Of a stretch of 63,199 nt of DNA, positions 8,962 to 18,918 are shown piece after piece. This stretch comes from a virus (taxonomy: Duplodnaviria; Caudoviricetes). Each line of letters opens with the position of its first letter. The first letter of the stretch is position 1. Location of the stretch: the IMG/VR virus record IMGVR_UViG_3300042484_002353, positions 1 to 63,199 of that record; one strand, written 5' to 3'. The notes beneath the pieces are model-generated. The model was not told the origin of the DNA and did no database searches. It saw only the letters and a list, made by a program, of their open reading frames with translations. A program made the translations under genes and the position numbers.

Positions 8962-9237
8962 TTAGCTGGTGATGGTGAAGCTCAAATGGTCTGTACTGTG
9001 TTCGATTCCGTTGACTGTGAATCTACGTACTGAAAATTCAGCTGTGCCCTGGCATCGCTCTATACGAACTTCATGATGACCCGGGCCCAGGTCCACAATG
9101 ATGTGTTCTCTGATGAATGTTTCGTAACTGGGCCAGATCCAGTCACGCTCAGTCAGCAGATGGTCATCCACATACACACGGTACGCAGATGGACTGGCAC
9201 CAGTGTCGCAATAGACGTCGGCATCTATGTGTGTCAT
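8962..9237 (-). CDS. Hypothetical beta-rich protein
   Basis: Coupled ORF of 91 aa. Confidence 0.6.
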   Translation of the reverse strand: MTHIDADVYCDTGASPSAYRVYVDDHLLTERDWIWPSYETFIREHIIVDLGPGHHEVRIERCQGTAEFSVRRFTVNGIEHSTDHLSFTITS

Positions 9238-9869
9238 CAGACACCACCCATGACCTGATCGAATATGCCCACGACTCGTTGTATCAGCTGTGCATTACCT
9301 GAAATTCTGGGATACATGTCTGATATAATTTGTGCTTTGATTTCTGGTGATGAATTGGGCCAGGCTGTGCGTATCTGTGTGGCACTGGTCATGCCCTGTG
9401 GTCCAGCTTTAAACTCTACAGTAGGCAAGTATGCCATGTAACCATGTTGGCTCATGGACTCCAACTTCTCAGTAACTGGCTGCAAGTAGCTGGGTGATCC
9501 ATCCTTCTTGGTGCCACCTGCCATGGGTGGTTCATTGCGATCTTTTTCGCTACGCACAATCACCAGGGCTGTGGTTTCAGCATCATAATTACTGGTGATT
9601 TCACGTGGATTAAATGGGCTCTTGACCTGCACAAACCGGTCAGCTGGAATGCCAGCAATAACAGCCAATTGGTGTTTTACTGCAAAGGGGAAGGGGCGTT
9701 CGGATTGATCATTAGTAGCAGCCATGTAGACATCTGCTTGCGGCATCTGTTGGACTACTTTCTGGTATAGGCTGACATGACCAGGGTGCATGGGGTGAAA
9801 CCCGCCGGGAATCACCACCACTGTTTTGGTGATATTGCTATGATCTTCAAATAATTCTGACACAAACAT
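9237..9869 (-). CDS. HxGH-type nucleotidyltransferase (cytidylyltransferase-like)
   Basis: PGGFHPMHPGH and SATQIR motifs; leader MFVSELFE. Confidence 0.8.
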   Translation of the reverse strand: MFVSELFEDHSNITKTVVVIPGGFHPMHPGHVSLYQKVVQQMPQADVYMAATNDQSERPFPFAVKHQLAVIAGIPADRFVQVKSPFNPREITSNYDAETTALVIVRSEKDRNEPPMAGGTKKDGSPSYLQPVTEKLESMSQHGYMAYLPTVEFKAGPQGMTSATQIRTAWPNSSPEIKAQIISDMYPRISGNAQLIQRVVGIFDQVMGGV

Positions 9870-9891
9870 GATGAATATCCTGTAATGTCAG

Positions 9892-9899
9892 TATTTATA
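9892..9899 (-). promoter_or_regulatory. T4-type late promoter TATAAATA
   Basis: Exact TATAAATA about 23 nt upstream of the ATG at 9869. Exact copies also at 14510-14517, 28477-28484 and 31765-31772; TAAATA cores precede many other genes. Confidence 0.7.
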
Positions 9900-9907
9900 C
9901 TTTTGGC

Positions 9908-10366
9908 TTATAGTCTCTCAAGCAACCAAAGATAATAAGGATTACTCCAGGTCATGCTCCAGACACCGTTCCAACCCAGTGTTACACATTCTCGAATTAC
10001 TGGATCACCAGAATAATGTTCAGGATATACTGGGCGATATTCACTGACGCCATGCAACAATGGCATCATATTGATGTCATCTATCTCCAGGGCCACAATG
10101 TCCAGAGTCATGTCCTGCACAATAGCAGTCTTATCGGAATTTTCCACAGTGTCTGCAGGACGTTTATTCAGTAATTCCACTGTGAGTACAGCATTGTCAG
10201 TGCTGTATTCTGCTGTAAATTCTATATATTCAGTTGTGCCTGACGCTGCCGAAAAATGCCCGTGTGCCACTGGTGTGCCATTGCATGACACACGAAATTC
10301 TGGACGGCGGTCCCAATAGGTTCCGCTGATGCCCAGTTTAATCAGTAGTGATTCTGACGACATCAA
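9908..10366 (-). CDS. Hypothetical protein
   Basis: 152 aa, coupled to the upstream gene. Confidence 0.6.
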   Translation of the reverse strand: MMSSESLLIKLGISGTYWDRRPEFRVSCNGTPVAHGHFSAASGTTEYIEFTAEYSTDNAVLTVELLNKRPADTVENSDKTAIVQDMTLDIVALEIDDINMMPLLHGVSEYRPVYPEHYSGDPVIRECVTLGWNGVWSMTWSNPYYLWLLERL

Positions 10367-11292
10367 GTGGGCTGCTGTTCTCGAATCTGCCCAGCACCTG
10401 ATGCCATGTTGACAGCATCACGCAAGGCCTGAGGTACATCACCAGCCAGTGCTGCTCCGGCACCCTGTCCGGCCTTGGCTTGCCCGGCAATATCCAACTT
10501 GCTGAGATCACCAGCAAATTCGTAGTGACCGATATGGTTCAACAGTACTTTACTGTGTGCCCAGATCTCGCCACCCACTTTCTGCCAGCGACGGCAGAAC
10601 AACCAATCTTCTGACAAATAGTGGCCACGCTCGTCAATCTCACAATCGAAAATACTGTACATCATGGGTTCGTATTGCTTGCCCAGACCCACATCGTCCA
10701 CGTACTTGCATTCAGGATGTGCTGCGATCAGCTTTTCATATACCGGACGCTTGAACATCAGAAAACCTGTGCCCATGGTGTCCACAGTAAAGATGTCGCC
10801 CTGAATTTTGGTTTGTGGTTGTAGGTTAATGACATAGTTGACTGGCAGGGCTTTCTTGGGATACAGTCCACCAATGACGTCTTTGTCACATGCCATCATC
10901 TGCAGAATACTTTCTGCTTGGAAACGGATATCTGCGTCAATAAACATGAAATGTGTGGCTTGAGGATTGCTCATCATCTTGGCCATCAGGTTGTTACGGG
11001 CACGAGTAACCAGTGACTCGTTGACCATGGTGTCCAAACTCCAATTCAATCCAGCTTGCTGTGCCAACAATACAAAACGCAAGAAACTGGTCATGGTGGG
11101 TTCTGACACCATACCGCCATAGCAGGGGATACCGATGTGCAGATGTACTTTACTGAAATCATATGGTTGTCCAGCCATCTGTGCTGATGGTTGCTGTGTT
11201 CTGGCCGCGGCTTGTTCTGCTGCTGCCTTCTTGATTAATGCCACTGCGTCGTTTTGGCTGACCTTGGCGGCGCCTGGTTTTTTTGTGCTCAT
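10363..11292 (-). CDS. GT-A fold glycosyltransferase-like protein
   Basis: IGIPCY, ESLVTRARN, FIDAD (DxD), GTGFLM, SEDW.FC and HIG motifs. Confidence 0.8.
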   Translation of the reverse strand: MSTKKPGAAKVSQNDAVALIKKAAAEQAAARTQQPSAQMAGQPYDFSKVHLHIGIPCYGGMVSEPTMTSFLRFVLLAQQAGLNWSLDTMVNESLVTRARNNLMAKMMSNPQATHFMFIDADIRFQAESILQMMACDKDVIGGLYPKKALPVNYVINLQPQTKIQGDIFTVDTMGTGFLMFKRPVYEKLIAAHPECKYVDDVGLGKQYEPMMYSIFDCEIDERGHYLSEDWLFCRRWQKVGGEIWAHSKVLLNHIGHYEFAGDLSKLDIAGQAKAGQGAGAALAGDVPQALRDAVNMASGAGQIREQQPT

Positions 11293-11313
11293 TGAATGAT
11301 CTCTTATAGTTGA

Positions 11314-11481
11314 TTAAGGTTTTTCGATTTCCACAAGTGCATTGGCACCTGCTAATTCCTGTACTACTGCTTCTAAACTTATCAGTGCATCAGCGTCGAT
11401 CATGACTGTCTCTTGCTCGTGGTCTTTCAGCAATCTGCTGACTTTGATTACTAAAACTTCTTCTTGTAATTTTGCCATCAT
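11314..11481 (-). CDS. Small hypothetical protein (55 aa)
   Basis: Not in the ORF track. AAGGAG RBS; reads MMAKLQEEVLVIKVSRLLKD...VEIEKP. Confidence 0.7.
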   Translation of the reverse strand: MMAKLQEEVLVIKVSRLLKDHEQETVMIDADALISLEAVVQELAGANALVEIEKP

Positions 11482-11502
11482 GGCTCCTTGAGTTATATGC
11501 TA

Positions 11503-12297
11503 TTATTTATCAAGCACTATCAGCTCATGAATATTTCCCACTAGATCAGGTGCAATTATTCTCAGCATGATGGTTAAATCTGGGTCATCTGTATAAAAAA
11601 ATACTCCCCAACAATGTATGAAGGGTGACGCCAACATCTCTTGACATTTGGGAGTTAGTCGAATCTGATCACCTAAATTTTCCAGATAGGATAAAACTTG
11701 CCTCTTGATCTCCACAGAATATCTGCCATCACGCAGTACGACCTTGTAACGATAATCTGGTGTATTGCGTCGAATGATGGCGCCTGTGAGTAATATTTCA
11801 GCTTGCTCAACTGATTCTGGACCATTGATTTCTTTTACACAGGATCGATAATCATGAGGACGTGTAAATTCACGTGCTATCTCTTTTAAGGTTTCTTGAC
11901 TGTCAGAATAGAATTGTATCATGGGTTCTTCCACCCTGATTCTGATGGTGTTGCCGTAACGATTTTTAATATCACGGGCAATGGTCAACAACGACACGTC
12001 AGTTATTGCCAGACTGTTACCACGATGCTGCCCATGCAACCAACTGCCAGCCCAGTTATAACTTCTGGCATGGGCTCTACGATATTCTACAGCCTCCGAC
12101 ATGGTCAGCATCTTGCTGTAGATTAAATTGCCTGATGGTATGTCAACAACCAAGCGCCACAAGAACTTTCTGTAGAATAGTTTCTGTGTGGGCCTGATCT
12201 TTATGCCGGTGAATGTATTACTCCAGAATGATGTATCCACGCTCATCCACTGTTGGTTGGCAATTCGCTGACAACGTTCCAAACTTGATTTGTTCAT
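11503..12297 (-). CDS. Hypothetical protein (true start probably near 12246)
   Basis: Long ORF overlapping the 3' end of clpA. Confidence 0.6.
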   Translation of the reverse strand: MNKSSLERCQRIANQQWMSVDTSFWSNTFTGIKIRPTQKLFYRKFLWRLVVDIPSGNLIYSKMLTMSEAVEYRRAHARSYNWAGSWLHGQHRGNSLAITDVSLLTIARDIKNRYGNTIRIRVEEPMIQFYSDSQETLKEIAREFTRPHDYRSCVKEINGPESVEQAEILLTGAIIRRNTPDYRYKVVLRDGRYSVEIKRQVLSYLENLGDQIRLTPKCQEMLASPFIHCWGVFFYTDDPDLTIMLRIIAPDLVGNIHELIVLDK

Positions 12298-14488
12298 CTG
12301 CGTAATCCACGGTCAATACAGTATTAACTGGGATACGCTCAAACAGTATTTTCTTGCTCAGCGGCACTTTAATTAAATCGTTGATCTTACGTGCCAGAGG
12401 TCTGGCTCCCATCTTGGCATCATAACCCACTGTGACCAAATGGTCCACCGCAGCTTCTGTTAGACGCACACGGATCTGTTTATCAGCCAGCAGATCATTC
12501 AGTTCATTGACAAACTTGCTGACAATTTTCTTGATGCTGAGTGCATCCAGGCGGTTGAATTTACAGATGGCGTCAATGCGATTGCGGAATTCAGGTTTAA
12601 AGAAGTCTTTGACTGCCTTGTCGTCTTCACCAGTCTTTTGCAATTCGCGACCAAATCCAATGGCATTGCGGTCATTGGCCGCTGCACCCAGGTTACTGGT
12701 CATGATCACAATGGTGTTACGGCAATCAGCTTTTTTACCGTTACTGCTGGTGACCAAGCCTTCGTCCATCAAACTCAACAGTACATTGGTGACATCAGGA
12801 TGTGCTTTCTCCACTTCATCAAACAAGATAATGCTGTTGGGATTCTTTTCAATGTCACTGATCAACAATCCACCACCCAGGTTACCATCGTCATATCCCA
12901 CATATCCTGGAGGAGCACCAATCAGTTTGCTGGCTGAATGTTTTTCCTGATACTCTGACATATCATATCGCAACAATTTCATGCTGAGATTTTCTGCCAG
13001 TAATTTGGCCAGCTCTGTTTTACCAGTGCCAGTTGGTCCCAGAAACAGGAAACTGCCAATGGGTTTGTTGATGGGTTTCAGTCCGGCCTTGCTGACGTAG
13101 ATGCGTTCCAGTACAGCATCAATGACCTGCTCTTGTCCGTAAAGTTTGGCTTTGATGTCAGTTTCCAGATGATCCAGGCTGGCTGTGGTGTCTGATCCCA
13201 TCTGGTCGGCTGGAATCTTTGTATACTTGCTGATGATGTCGATGATGTTGGTGCGATCAATACTCCAATCTGATGCAACCAATTTGATCTTGGCGCAGGC
13301 TGTGTCAATCAAGTCAATGGCCTTGTCGGGCAACTTCTTGTCAGTCTGATAACGTACTGACAGATCCACAGCAGCATCCAATGCGTCATCTGTAATAACT
13401 CCGCCATGAAATGTTTCAAAGTATCCACGTAATCCACGCAGGATATCCTTGGCCACAGCAGGTGTGGGTTCTTCCACAGTCAGACGATAGAAACGACGCA
13501 TCAGCGCACGATCCTTTTCAAAGCTCTGTGTGTATTCTTCCCAGGTTGTACTGGCGATGACTTTGATATCACCTTTGGCCAGTGCTGGTTTGATCATGTT
13601 ACTGAAGTCCACGCTGCTCTGACTGCCAGCACCAGCACCACGCATCTGATGTGCTTCATCAATGAACAAGATGGTCTTGCCTTTGATGGTCAGAGCCTTG
13701 ATGACGTCTTTGAGTTTTTCTTCAAACTCGCCGCGATACTTGCTGCCAGCCAACAGGCTACCAATGTCCAGGTTGTATACTGTGTACTCTTTCAGGTAGT
13801 CTGGTACTTGTTTGTTGACGATGTTACGGGCCAGGCCTTCTGCAATGGCAGTCTTGCCCACGCCAGGATCGCCCACCATCAAGATGTTGGATTTATTACG
13901 TTTGGCCAGTACTTCGGTGATCTCAGCAATCTCTGATTCACGACCAATCACAGGATCAATCTTGCCATCTTGTGCTGACTTGTTGAGATCAGTGCAGTAC
14001 TCGGCCAAGATTTCTTCTGCTTTGCTGTTGTTGGCGATTTTGCGACCCTTGGGTTCTTTATAGTTCTTGTTGTAGAACTCCACTACATCACCTCGATCCA
14101 GGCCATATTTAATGAGGAAATACACAGCATGACTGTTGTTTTCACTGAACAGACTGACATACAGATCCAGAACCTGCATGTGGCTTCGCCCACTGAACAG
14201 TACCTGTGTGTACGCACGATTGAACGTTCTCTCCAGGGCATGTGTCTTGCGTGGCTTGACTGGATCCGCATCTGTGGTCAGGTATGTTTGTGTGGACAAA
14301 TATTCATTGATGTCTTTTTTCAAACCATCAACGTCTGCACCGAAATTGTTCAGTAACTCACCAAATGGTTCATGTTGAACGATGGCCAACAACAGGTGCT
14401 CGATAGTCACATATTCATGACTGAGATTGATGGCCGTTTCACTGGCATTGGCTACGATTACTTCAATTTCAGGATTAGGTTGGATCAT
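12218..14488 (-). CDS. clpA: ClpA-like ATP-dependent Clp protease ATP-binding subunit
   Basis: Clp N-domain; two AAA+ modules (GDPGVGKT, GPTGTGKT); IGF ClpP-docking loop; GARPL; no ClpB middle domain. Confidence 0.92.
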   Translation of the reverse strand: MIQPNPEIEVIVANASETAINLSHEYVTIEHLLLAIVQHEPFGELLNNFGADVDGLKKDINEYLSTQTYLTTDADPVKPRKTHALERTFNRAYTQVLFSGRSHMQVLDLYVSLFSENNSHAVYFLIKYGLDRGDVVEFYNKNYKEPKGRKIANNSKAEEILAEYCTDLNKSAQDGKIDPVIGRESEIAEITEVLAKRNKSNILMVGDPGVGKTAIAEGLARNIVNKQVPDYLKEYTVYNLDIGSLLAGSKYRGEFEEKLKDVIKALTIKGKTILFIDEAHQMRGAGAGSQSSVDFSNMIKPALAKGDIKVIASTTWEEYTQSFEKDRALMRRFYRLTVEEPTPAVAKDILRGLRGYFETFHGGVITDDALDAAVDLSVRYQTDKKLPDKAIDLIDTACAKIKLVASDWSIDRTNIIDIISKYTKIPADQMGSDTTASLDHLETDIKAKLYGQEQVIDAVLERIYVSKAGLKPINKPIGSFLFLGPTGTGKTELAKLLAENLSMKLLRYDMSEYQEKHSASKLIGAPPGYVGYDDGNLGGGLLISDIEKNPNSIILFDEVEKAHPDVTNVLLSLMDEGLVTSSNGKKADCRNTIVIMTSNLGAAANDRNAIGFGRELQKTGEDDKAVKDFFKPEFRNRIDAICKFNRLDALSIKKIVSKFVNELNDLLADKQIRVRLTEAAVDHLVTVGYDAKMGARPLARKINDLIKVPLSKKILFERIPVNTVLTVDYADEQIKFGTLSANCQPTVDERGYIILE

Positions 14489-14512
14489 GTAATTCCAGTA
14501 AGTTAAAAATAT

Positions 14513-15379
14513 TTATAGAGATTGTCGTATTTGATTAACTAATGCGATTTGATCCGCATTCAGTTGTGGTACTGTAATATGTATTTTAACAATTAAATGG
14601 CTTCGTGTCAATCCGTCAGCATGCCATAATCCTTGCCCAGTAATTCTGAATCCCATGTTGGGTTGAGCTCCGGCAGGTATACTCAATTGAAATATTCGGC
14701 CGTCCAGACCCCGGACTTCCATCTCACCACCAGCCATGGCCGTCAGACAATCTACATGTAAAGTGGTTATCAGATCCAGACCATGTACCTCAAAATCCGG
14801 GTGCGGTTGCGCCACCACATTAACGTATAGATCACCACGTGGTAGACTAGCAAAAAAATTATCACCCAAATTGGGGTATTTAATAGTGGTGCGACCCAGT
14901 ACTCCACGTGGAATTCGGACCTCCACCGTTTCTCTCTGCCCATTGGTGGTCTGTACGCTGATGGTTTTGGTTTGCTCAGTGAGTGTTTCTGCCAGTGGAA
15001 TCTGAATCTCAATTTGTAGATCTCGATTACGTCGTGGTTGTGGTTGTTGTGGTTGTTGCTGTTGCCGGAATTGAGTAAATGGATCTTGGCCACCAAAATG
15101 GAATCCAAAATTACGGAATATGTTTTCCACATCAGGATGTCCAGTCATATCCTGGCCATTGAAATTGAACCGCATACCACCAGGATTGCGGCGTTCATGG
15201 TCGTATCTCTGCCGTCGATCAGCATCGGCCAATGTATCATATGCTGCTTGTATTTCCTGAAATCGTGCAGTGTCACCACCCTTGTCTGGATGGTGCTGAC
15301 TGGCTAATTTACGATAGGCTTTTTTAATTTCTTCAGGGGTTGCGTTCTCAGCAATACCCAAAGTTTCATAGTGTGTCAT
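14513..15379 (-). CDS. DnaJ/CbpA-like co-chaperone
   Basis: J-domain with HPD, G/F-rich region and DnaJ C-terminal domain; no Zn finger. Confidence 0.9.
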   Translation of the reverse strand: MTHYETLGIAENATPEEIKKAYRKLASQHHPDKGGDTARFQEIQAAYDTLADADRRQRYDHERRNPGGMRFNFNGQDMTGHPDVENIFRNFGFHFGGQDPFTQFRQQQQPQQPQPRRNRDLQIEIQIPLAETLTEQTKTISVQTTNGQRETVEVRIPRGVLGRTTIKYPNLGDNFFASLPRGDLYVNVVAQPHPDFEVHGLDLITTLHVDCLTAMAGGEMEVRGLDGRIFQLSIPAGAQPNMGFRITGQGLWHADGLTRSHLIVKIHITVPQLNADQIALVNQIRQSL

Positions 15380-15417
15380 ACTAGTAGTATAGCATAACCT
15401 GTGTTATAAATCAAATG

Positions 15418-16017
15418 TCAACGGATGCCTGCGGCAATACGCAGGGCTTCAGTGAAGTCATTTTTTGGTGCTTTGTGAGTGACTTGTACCCCAGCCACAG
15501 CCCGTAATTTATTGAGACTTTCCTGTAGTTCAGGACCCATGACCTCTGGTTCTTCGGCCGGTGCATCAGATTCTAAATCTTCTTGGTCATCATTACCGTA
15601 TTTGGCATCGTATTCTTCAGGACTCAATGGCACCATCTCAGCCAAATCTTCCAAAGTTAGTTCATGATCAGTGGTGTTGGAATGATATCTGACACGCCAG
15701 TCGGATAATTCTTGTTCGGTCAATCGCATGATGTCCTCCATCATGGCAATAACATTTTCTGGTAGTTCACGATTTCGGTCAATTTCCAGGAATACGATGT
15801 AATCACCGTCATCCATTTCCCCTGAACTGACATCAGCGTCCACCACCCAGCTATATCCCTTCTCAATGAAGTTTACTAAATCCTGTGCTGGCTCTTTACC
15901 ATTTACTTTGAAACTGATGACACATATTTCAGCATCATCGCCCAGCTTGCTCTTGAACTCGTCAATGTGTAGTTCAGGATGAATTAATTTACGTAGGTTT
16001 CCGGCTTCTAATCCCAT
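15418..16017 (-). CDS. Hypothetical phage protein
   Basis: 199-aa acidic ORF, coupled to the upstream gene. Confidence 0.65.
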   Translation of the reverse strand: MGLEAGNLRKLIHPELHIDEFKSKLGDDAEICVISFKVNGKEPAQDLVNFIEKGYSWVVDADVSSGEMDDGDYIVFLEIDRNRELPENVIAMMEDIMRLTEQELSDWRVRYHSNTTDHELTLEDLAEMVPLSPEEYDAKYGNDDQEDLESDAPAEEPEVMGPELQESLNKLRAVAGVQVTHKAPKNDFTEALRIAAGIR

Positions 16018-16607
16018 TACATGACTCCTGGCATTGCTGCTTGCCCAGCTGGTGCTGGTGCGACACCTGGTGCTGCTCCCTGCACCTGAGCAGCCGGTGC
16101 TGGTCCTGTGCCTTGATTTTCCAGATCGTCAATGCCCTGTTCAAAGCCCTGATCAATATCTTCCATGTCAATGGTCTCGCCTTCCAATTCCAAACTGCCC
16201 TGCTGAATATCACGCATGAGTTTCTTGGGAATGGTGATTTCCACCAACCAAACTGGAGTTTTTGCCATCTTGGGCATTTTAGTACCAGGCTCAAAATCGT
16301 TGGGTGTCTTTACTTTGACAGGATACATCAGCTGGTCCTTGCGATATTTAACTTCGCAATCATATTCCAGCAGACGCTCACCACCACGTGGATCCGGCAT
16401 CTTCTTATGTGGCCACATGAAAGTACAAGTCACAAAGTATTTTTCATACACCGGACCCTCCACCAACTCACCCTGCTTCCAGTTGGCGAAAGCATATAGG
16501 TCAAGTTCGTCCACGACACGCTCAAAGTCCAACAGAGTGTTTAGACTACTGTCAGTCATGTAGATGTCTTTGGTGTTGTTAATGATGTCTTTAATATTAG
16601 CTGGCAT
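16017..16607 (-). CDS. Hypothetical phage protein
   Basis: 196 aa; TAAATA upstream near 16629. Confidence 0.65.
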   Translation of the reverse strand: MPANIKDIINNTKDIYMTDSSLNTLLDFERVVDELDLYAFANWKQGELVEGPVYEKYFVTCTFMWPHKKMPDPRGGERLLEYDCEVKYRKDQLMYPVKVKTPNDFEPGTKMPKMAKTPVWLVEITIPKKLMRDIQQGSLELEGETIDMEDIDQGFEQGIDDLENQGTGPAPAAQVQGAAPGVAPAPAGQAAMPGVM

Positions 16608-16654
16608 AGTTTTAACCGTTTATGTAGTTATTTATGCGTTTGCCAGTCAACAGC

Positions 16655-17320
16655 CTAGACTTCCCAGGGAGTTGCCGAATCAGCTAATTTGCTTAGAAAT
16701 TTGCGTGTTTCAGCAGTGATAACGCCAGTTACCTGCAAAGTAACACGTGGATGATGGCTGGCATTGGCTGTGGCATGTGGTATATTTTGCCAGTCAAAGG
16801 TAGTGACATCACCGGCGATCCACATGCTATGACAATAATTGCCATAGTTCCAAAACTGACCCGGTTGCCAATCAGTCAGCTGAATCTGAACACGTAATAC
16901 CGAATCAGGATTTTCGGGATTCCATTTCTCTAATTTATCCAAATGATAGTTCCATACTTGGCCAGGTTGCTGTACATGTATACGTACCATTGCATCATCT
17001 AATGCAAATTGTTCAGCGATGCGTTGAAGCACTGGAGGAATTGTCCAGTTCAGATTGGTGATGACATAATCTGCACCATAGCCTTCGCGTTCTAAATCGT
17101 ATTCTTCGGCAGCTAATTCTGCCTCGGGACGACTTTTGCCCGCAGCACCACGAGTACGCCAGGTAGCTGATCGAGAATTTTCAATGATGTCTGATAATTC
17201 CTGTTGCCAACAGGGCTTTATTAATCCCAATCTAATTACACGATCCTGCGCTGAGTCAAATTTTTTGTTGTCAAAATGATATTGACTGCGTTTTTTAGTT
17301 TCGTCCCAAGAACTGTTCAT
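16655..17320 (-). CDS. Cupin/2OG-Fe(II) oxygenase-like protein
   Basis: HxD (YHLD), distal His (PHATAN) and RVTLQ, in a double-stranded beta-helix pattern. Confidence 0.55.
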   Translation of the reverse strand: MNSSWDETKKRSQYHFDNKKFDSAQDRVIRLGLIKPCWQQELSDIIENSRSATWRTRGAAGKSRPEAELAAEEYDLEREGYGADYVITNLNWTIPPVLQRIAEQFALDDAMVRIHVQQPGQVWNYHLDKLEKWNPENPDSVLRVQIQLTDWQPGQFWNYGNYCHSMWIAGDVTTFDWQNIPHATANASHHPRVTLQVTGVITAETRKFLSKLADSATPWEV

Positions 17321-17940
17321 ATTACTTTTACCTTTATGTCATTACTCTGGTAACTCTGAAAGTAGGCATCTGGTGGCAATGCCAGGTCAGCAGCGATACA
17401 CAGGCCCAGATTGTTGGGCACTTCTCTGCCCTTGTATGTGTCCCAGGCTTTGAGGATATCTTTATTCTGAGCAGCAATAATACTGGCCATGTTACGCAGA
17501 TCCACATAGTATTGATCGTACTTGGGGTATGTGATGTCGAAGTGCCCACATTTGACCCACCAACCCAGACAGGCATCATCTTCTCTGTGTATCAGAACAA
17601 CAGGGCAGTCGGGCCATGTTGTCTTGATAAAGTCGATATGGTTTGCAAATATGTGACTTTTGATAATTCGCACCCCAATACCCACTGGAGAAAACGCACT
17701 ATCAAAGAATTCTTCTAGATGTTGTTTAGATTCTAAATTCATTTGCTCACTCAGGTCAAATTCCATGCCAGGGTCAAAGTATGCACCCATATGCATCAGC
17801 TGACGAGTGCCAGATGCGTCGTGCCAGTACTCACGATCAGGACTGGCATCACTGCGATCAATGTCTGGACTAAAGTAAATGTTTTTACTCACGCTGGACC
17901 ATTTGCTGCCGGGGGCGCCGGCCATAAAAATATATTTCAT
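17317..17940 (-). CDS. Sulfotransferase-like / P-loop-fold protein
   Basis: N-terminal FMAGAPGSKWSS; IIKSH; VLIHR. Confidence 0.45.
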   Translation of the reverse strand: MKYIFMAGAPGSKWSSVSKNIYFSPDIDRSDASPDREYWHDASGTRQLMHMGAYFDPGMEFDLSEQMNLESKQHLEEFFDSAFSPVGIGVRIIKSHIFANHIDFIKTTWPDCPVVLIHREDDACLGWWVKCGHFDITYPKYDQYYVDLRNMASIIAAQNKDILKAWDTYKGREVPNNLGLCIAADLALPPDAYFQSYQSNDIKVKVI

Positions 17941-18908
17941 TTATCTTCCAATTTAATGTTTTCCAACACTGGTATAAATGTAGCACGGAGGAAACCCATT
18001 TGTCGTTGAACACCAGCTGGATTAAGTTCACGCTCTTCCACAAATACTACTTGATCATAGGCCCATTGTCGATACTCTTCGGTCATGGCAGCTGATGCAA
18101 ATGCTCGTTCATACCAATCGACAATGTTTTGTGGTGTTTTTGCTGGCAGGGTCAGAGTCCAGGCTGCATATACATTGATGCCAGGTGCCACAGTATTCAG
18201 TAACGGGACCTTGGGAAATTGTGGCATAATACGCTCCCCAGTGAATCCAATGGGTTTGACCTTACCAGATTCAATCAGTGCCTTGGCCACAGCAATGGGC
18301 ATGATGCCAAATTCTGTACCGCCTGCAGCACCACTGGCAACACTGGTCACTGCTGGCATGGGTCCGTTAAATTTAATGGCTTTGACCTGGTGCCGATTGC
18401 CATTACCTTTGGTCATGAGATATTCAAATGCAGTAAGATGTGCTCCTCCACCAGTGGCTACATTGATGGGTTGGGTGGTGGTGGATATTAATTTGACGAA
18501 TTCTACTGGTGTATTGACTTTACTGTTGATGTTGGCCACCAGCACCAATGGACTTTTGCCCATGGTCAGCACACCATTAAATGAATCGTATTGGAATTTC
18601 TTAATATCCTTTTGCCATATGTCATTGGTGACGTAGGTGCTCATGTGACTGGGCAATGCAATGGTGTGTCCGTCTGCTGCTGATCTCATGAAATGGTTCA
18701 TGGCTATCACGCTGTCTGCACCAGGCATGTTTTGCACCACAAAGTTGACATTGGGGTGGGTTTTGGCCACTATGGAGGCCAGTTTGCGAAATGCGATTTC
18801 GTTACCAGCACCGGGTGTATTACCTATGATAACTGTAACGGGTTTAGTGGGTTCCCAGGCGAAAGCCAGAGCAGGGAGTAATGCCAGAATAGATAATAGA
18901 CGTTTCAT
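17937..18908 (-). CDS. Bug/TctC family tripartite tricarboxylate transporter substrate-binding protein
   Basis: Signal peptide; P.KPVTVII...PGAG.E; VVQNMPGA; SPLVLV; VP.L motifs. Confidence 0.85.
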   Translation of the reverse strand: MKRLLSILALLPALAFAWEPTKPVTVIIGNTPGAGNEIAFRKLASIVAKTHPNVNFVVQNMPGADSVIAMNHFMRSAADGHTIALPSHMSTYVTNDIWQKDIKKFQYDSFNGVLTMGKSPLVLVANINSKVNTPVEFVKLISTTTQPINVATGGGAHLTAFEYLMTKGNGNRHQVKAIKFNGPMPAVTSVASGAAGGTEFGIMPIAVAKALIESGKVKPIGFTGERIMPQFPKVPLLNTVAPGINVYAAWTLTLPAKTPQNIVDWYERAFASAAMTEEYRQWAYDQVVFVEERELNPAGVQRQMGFLRATFIPVLENIKLEDK

Positions 18909-18918
18909 TGATGTCTCT

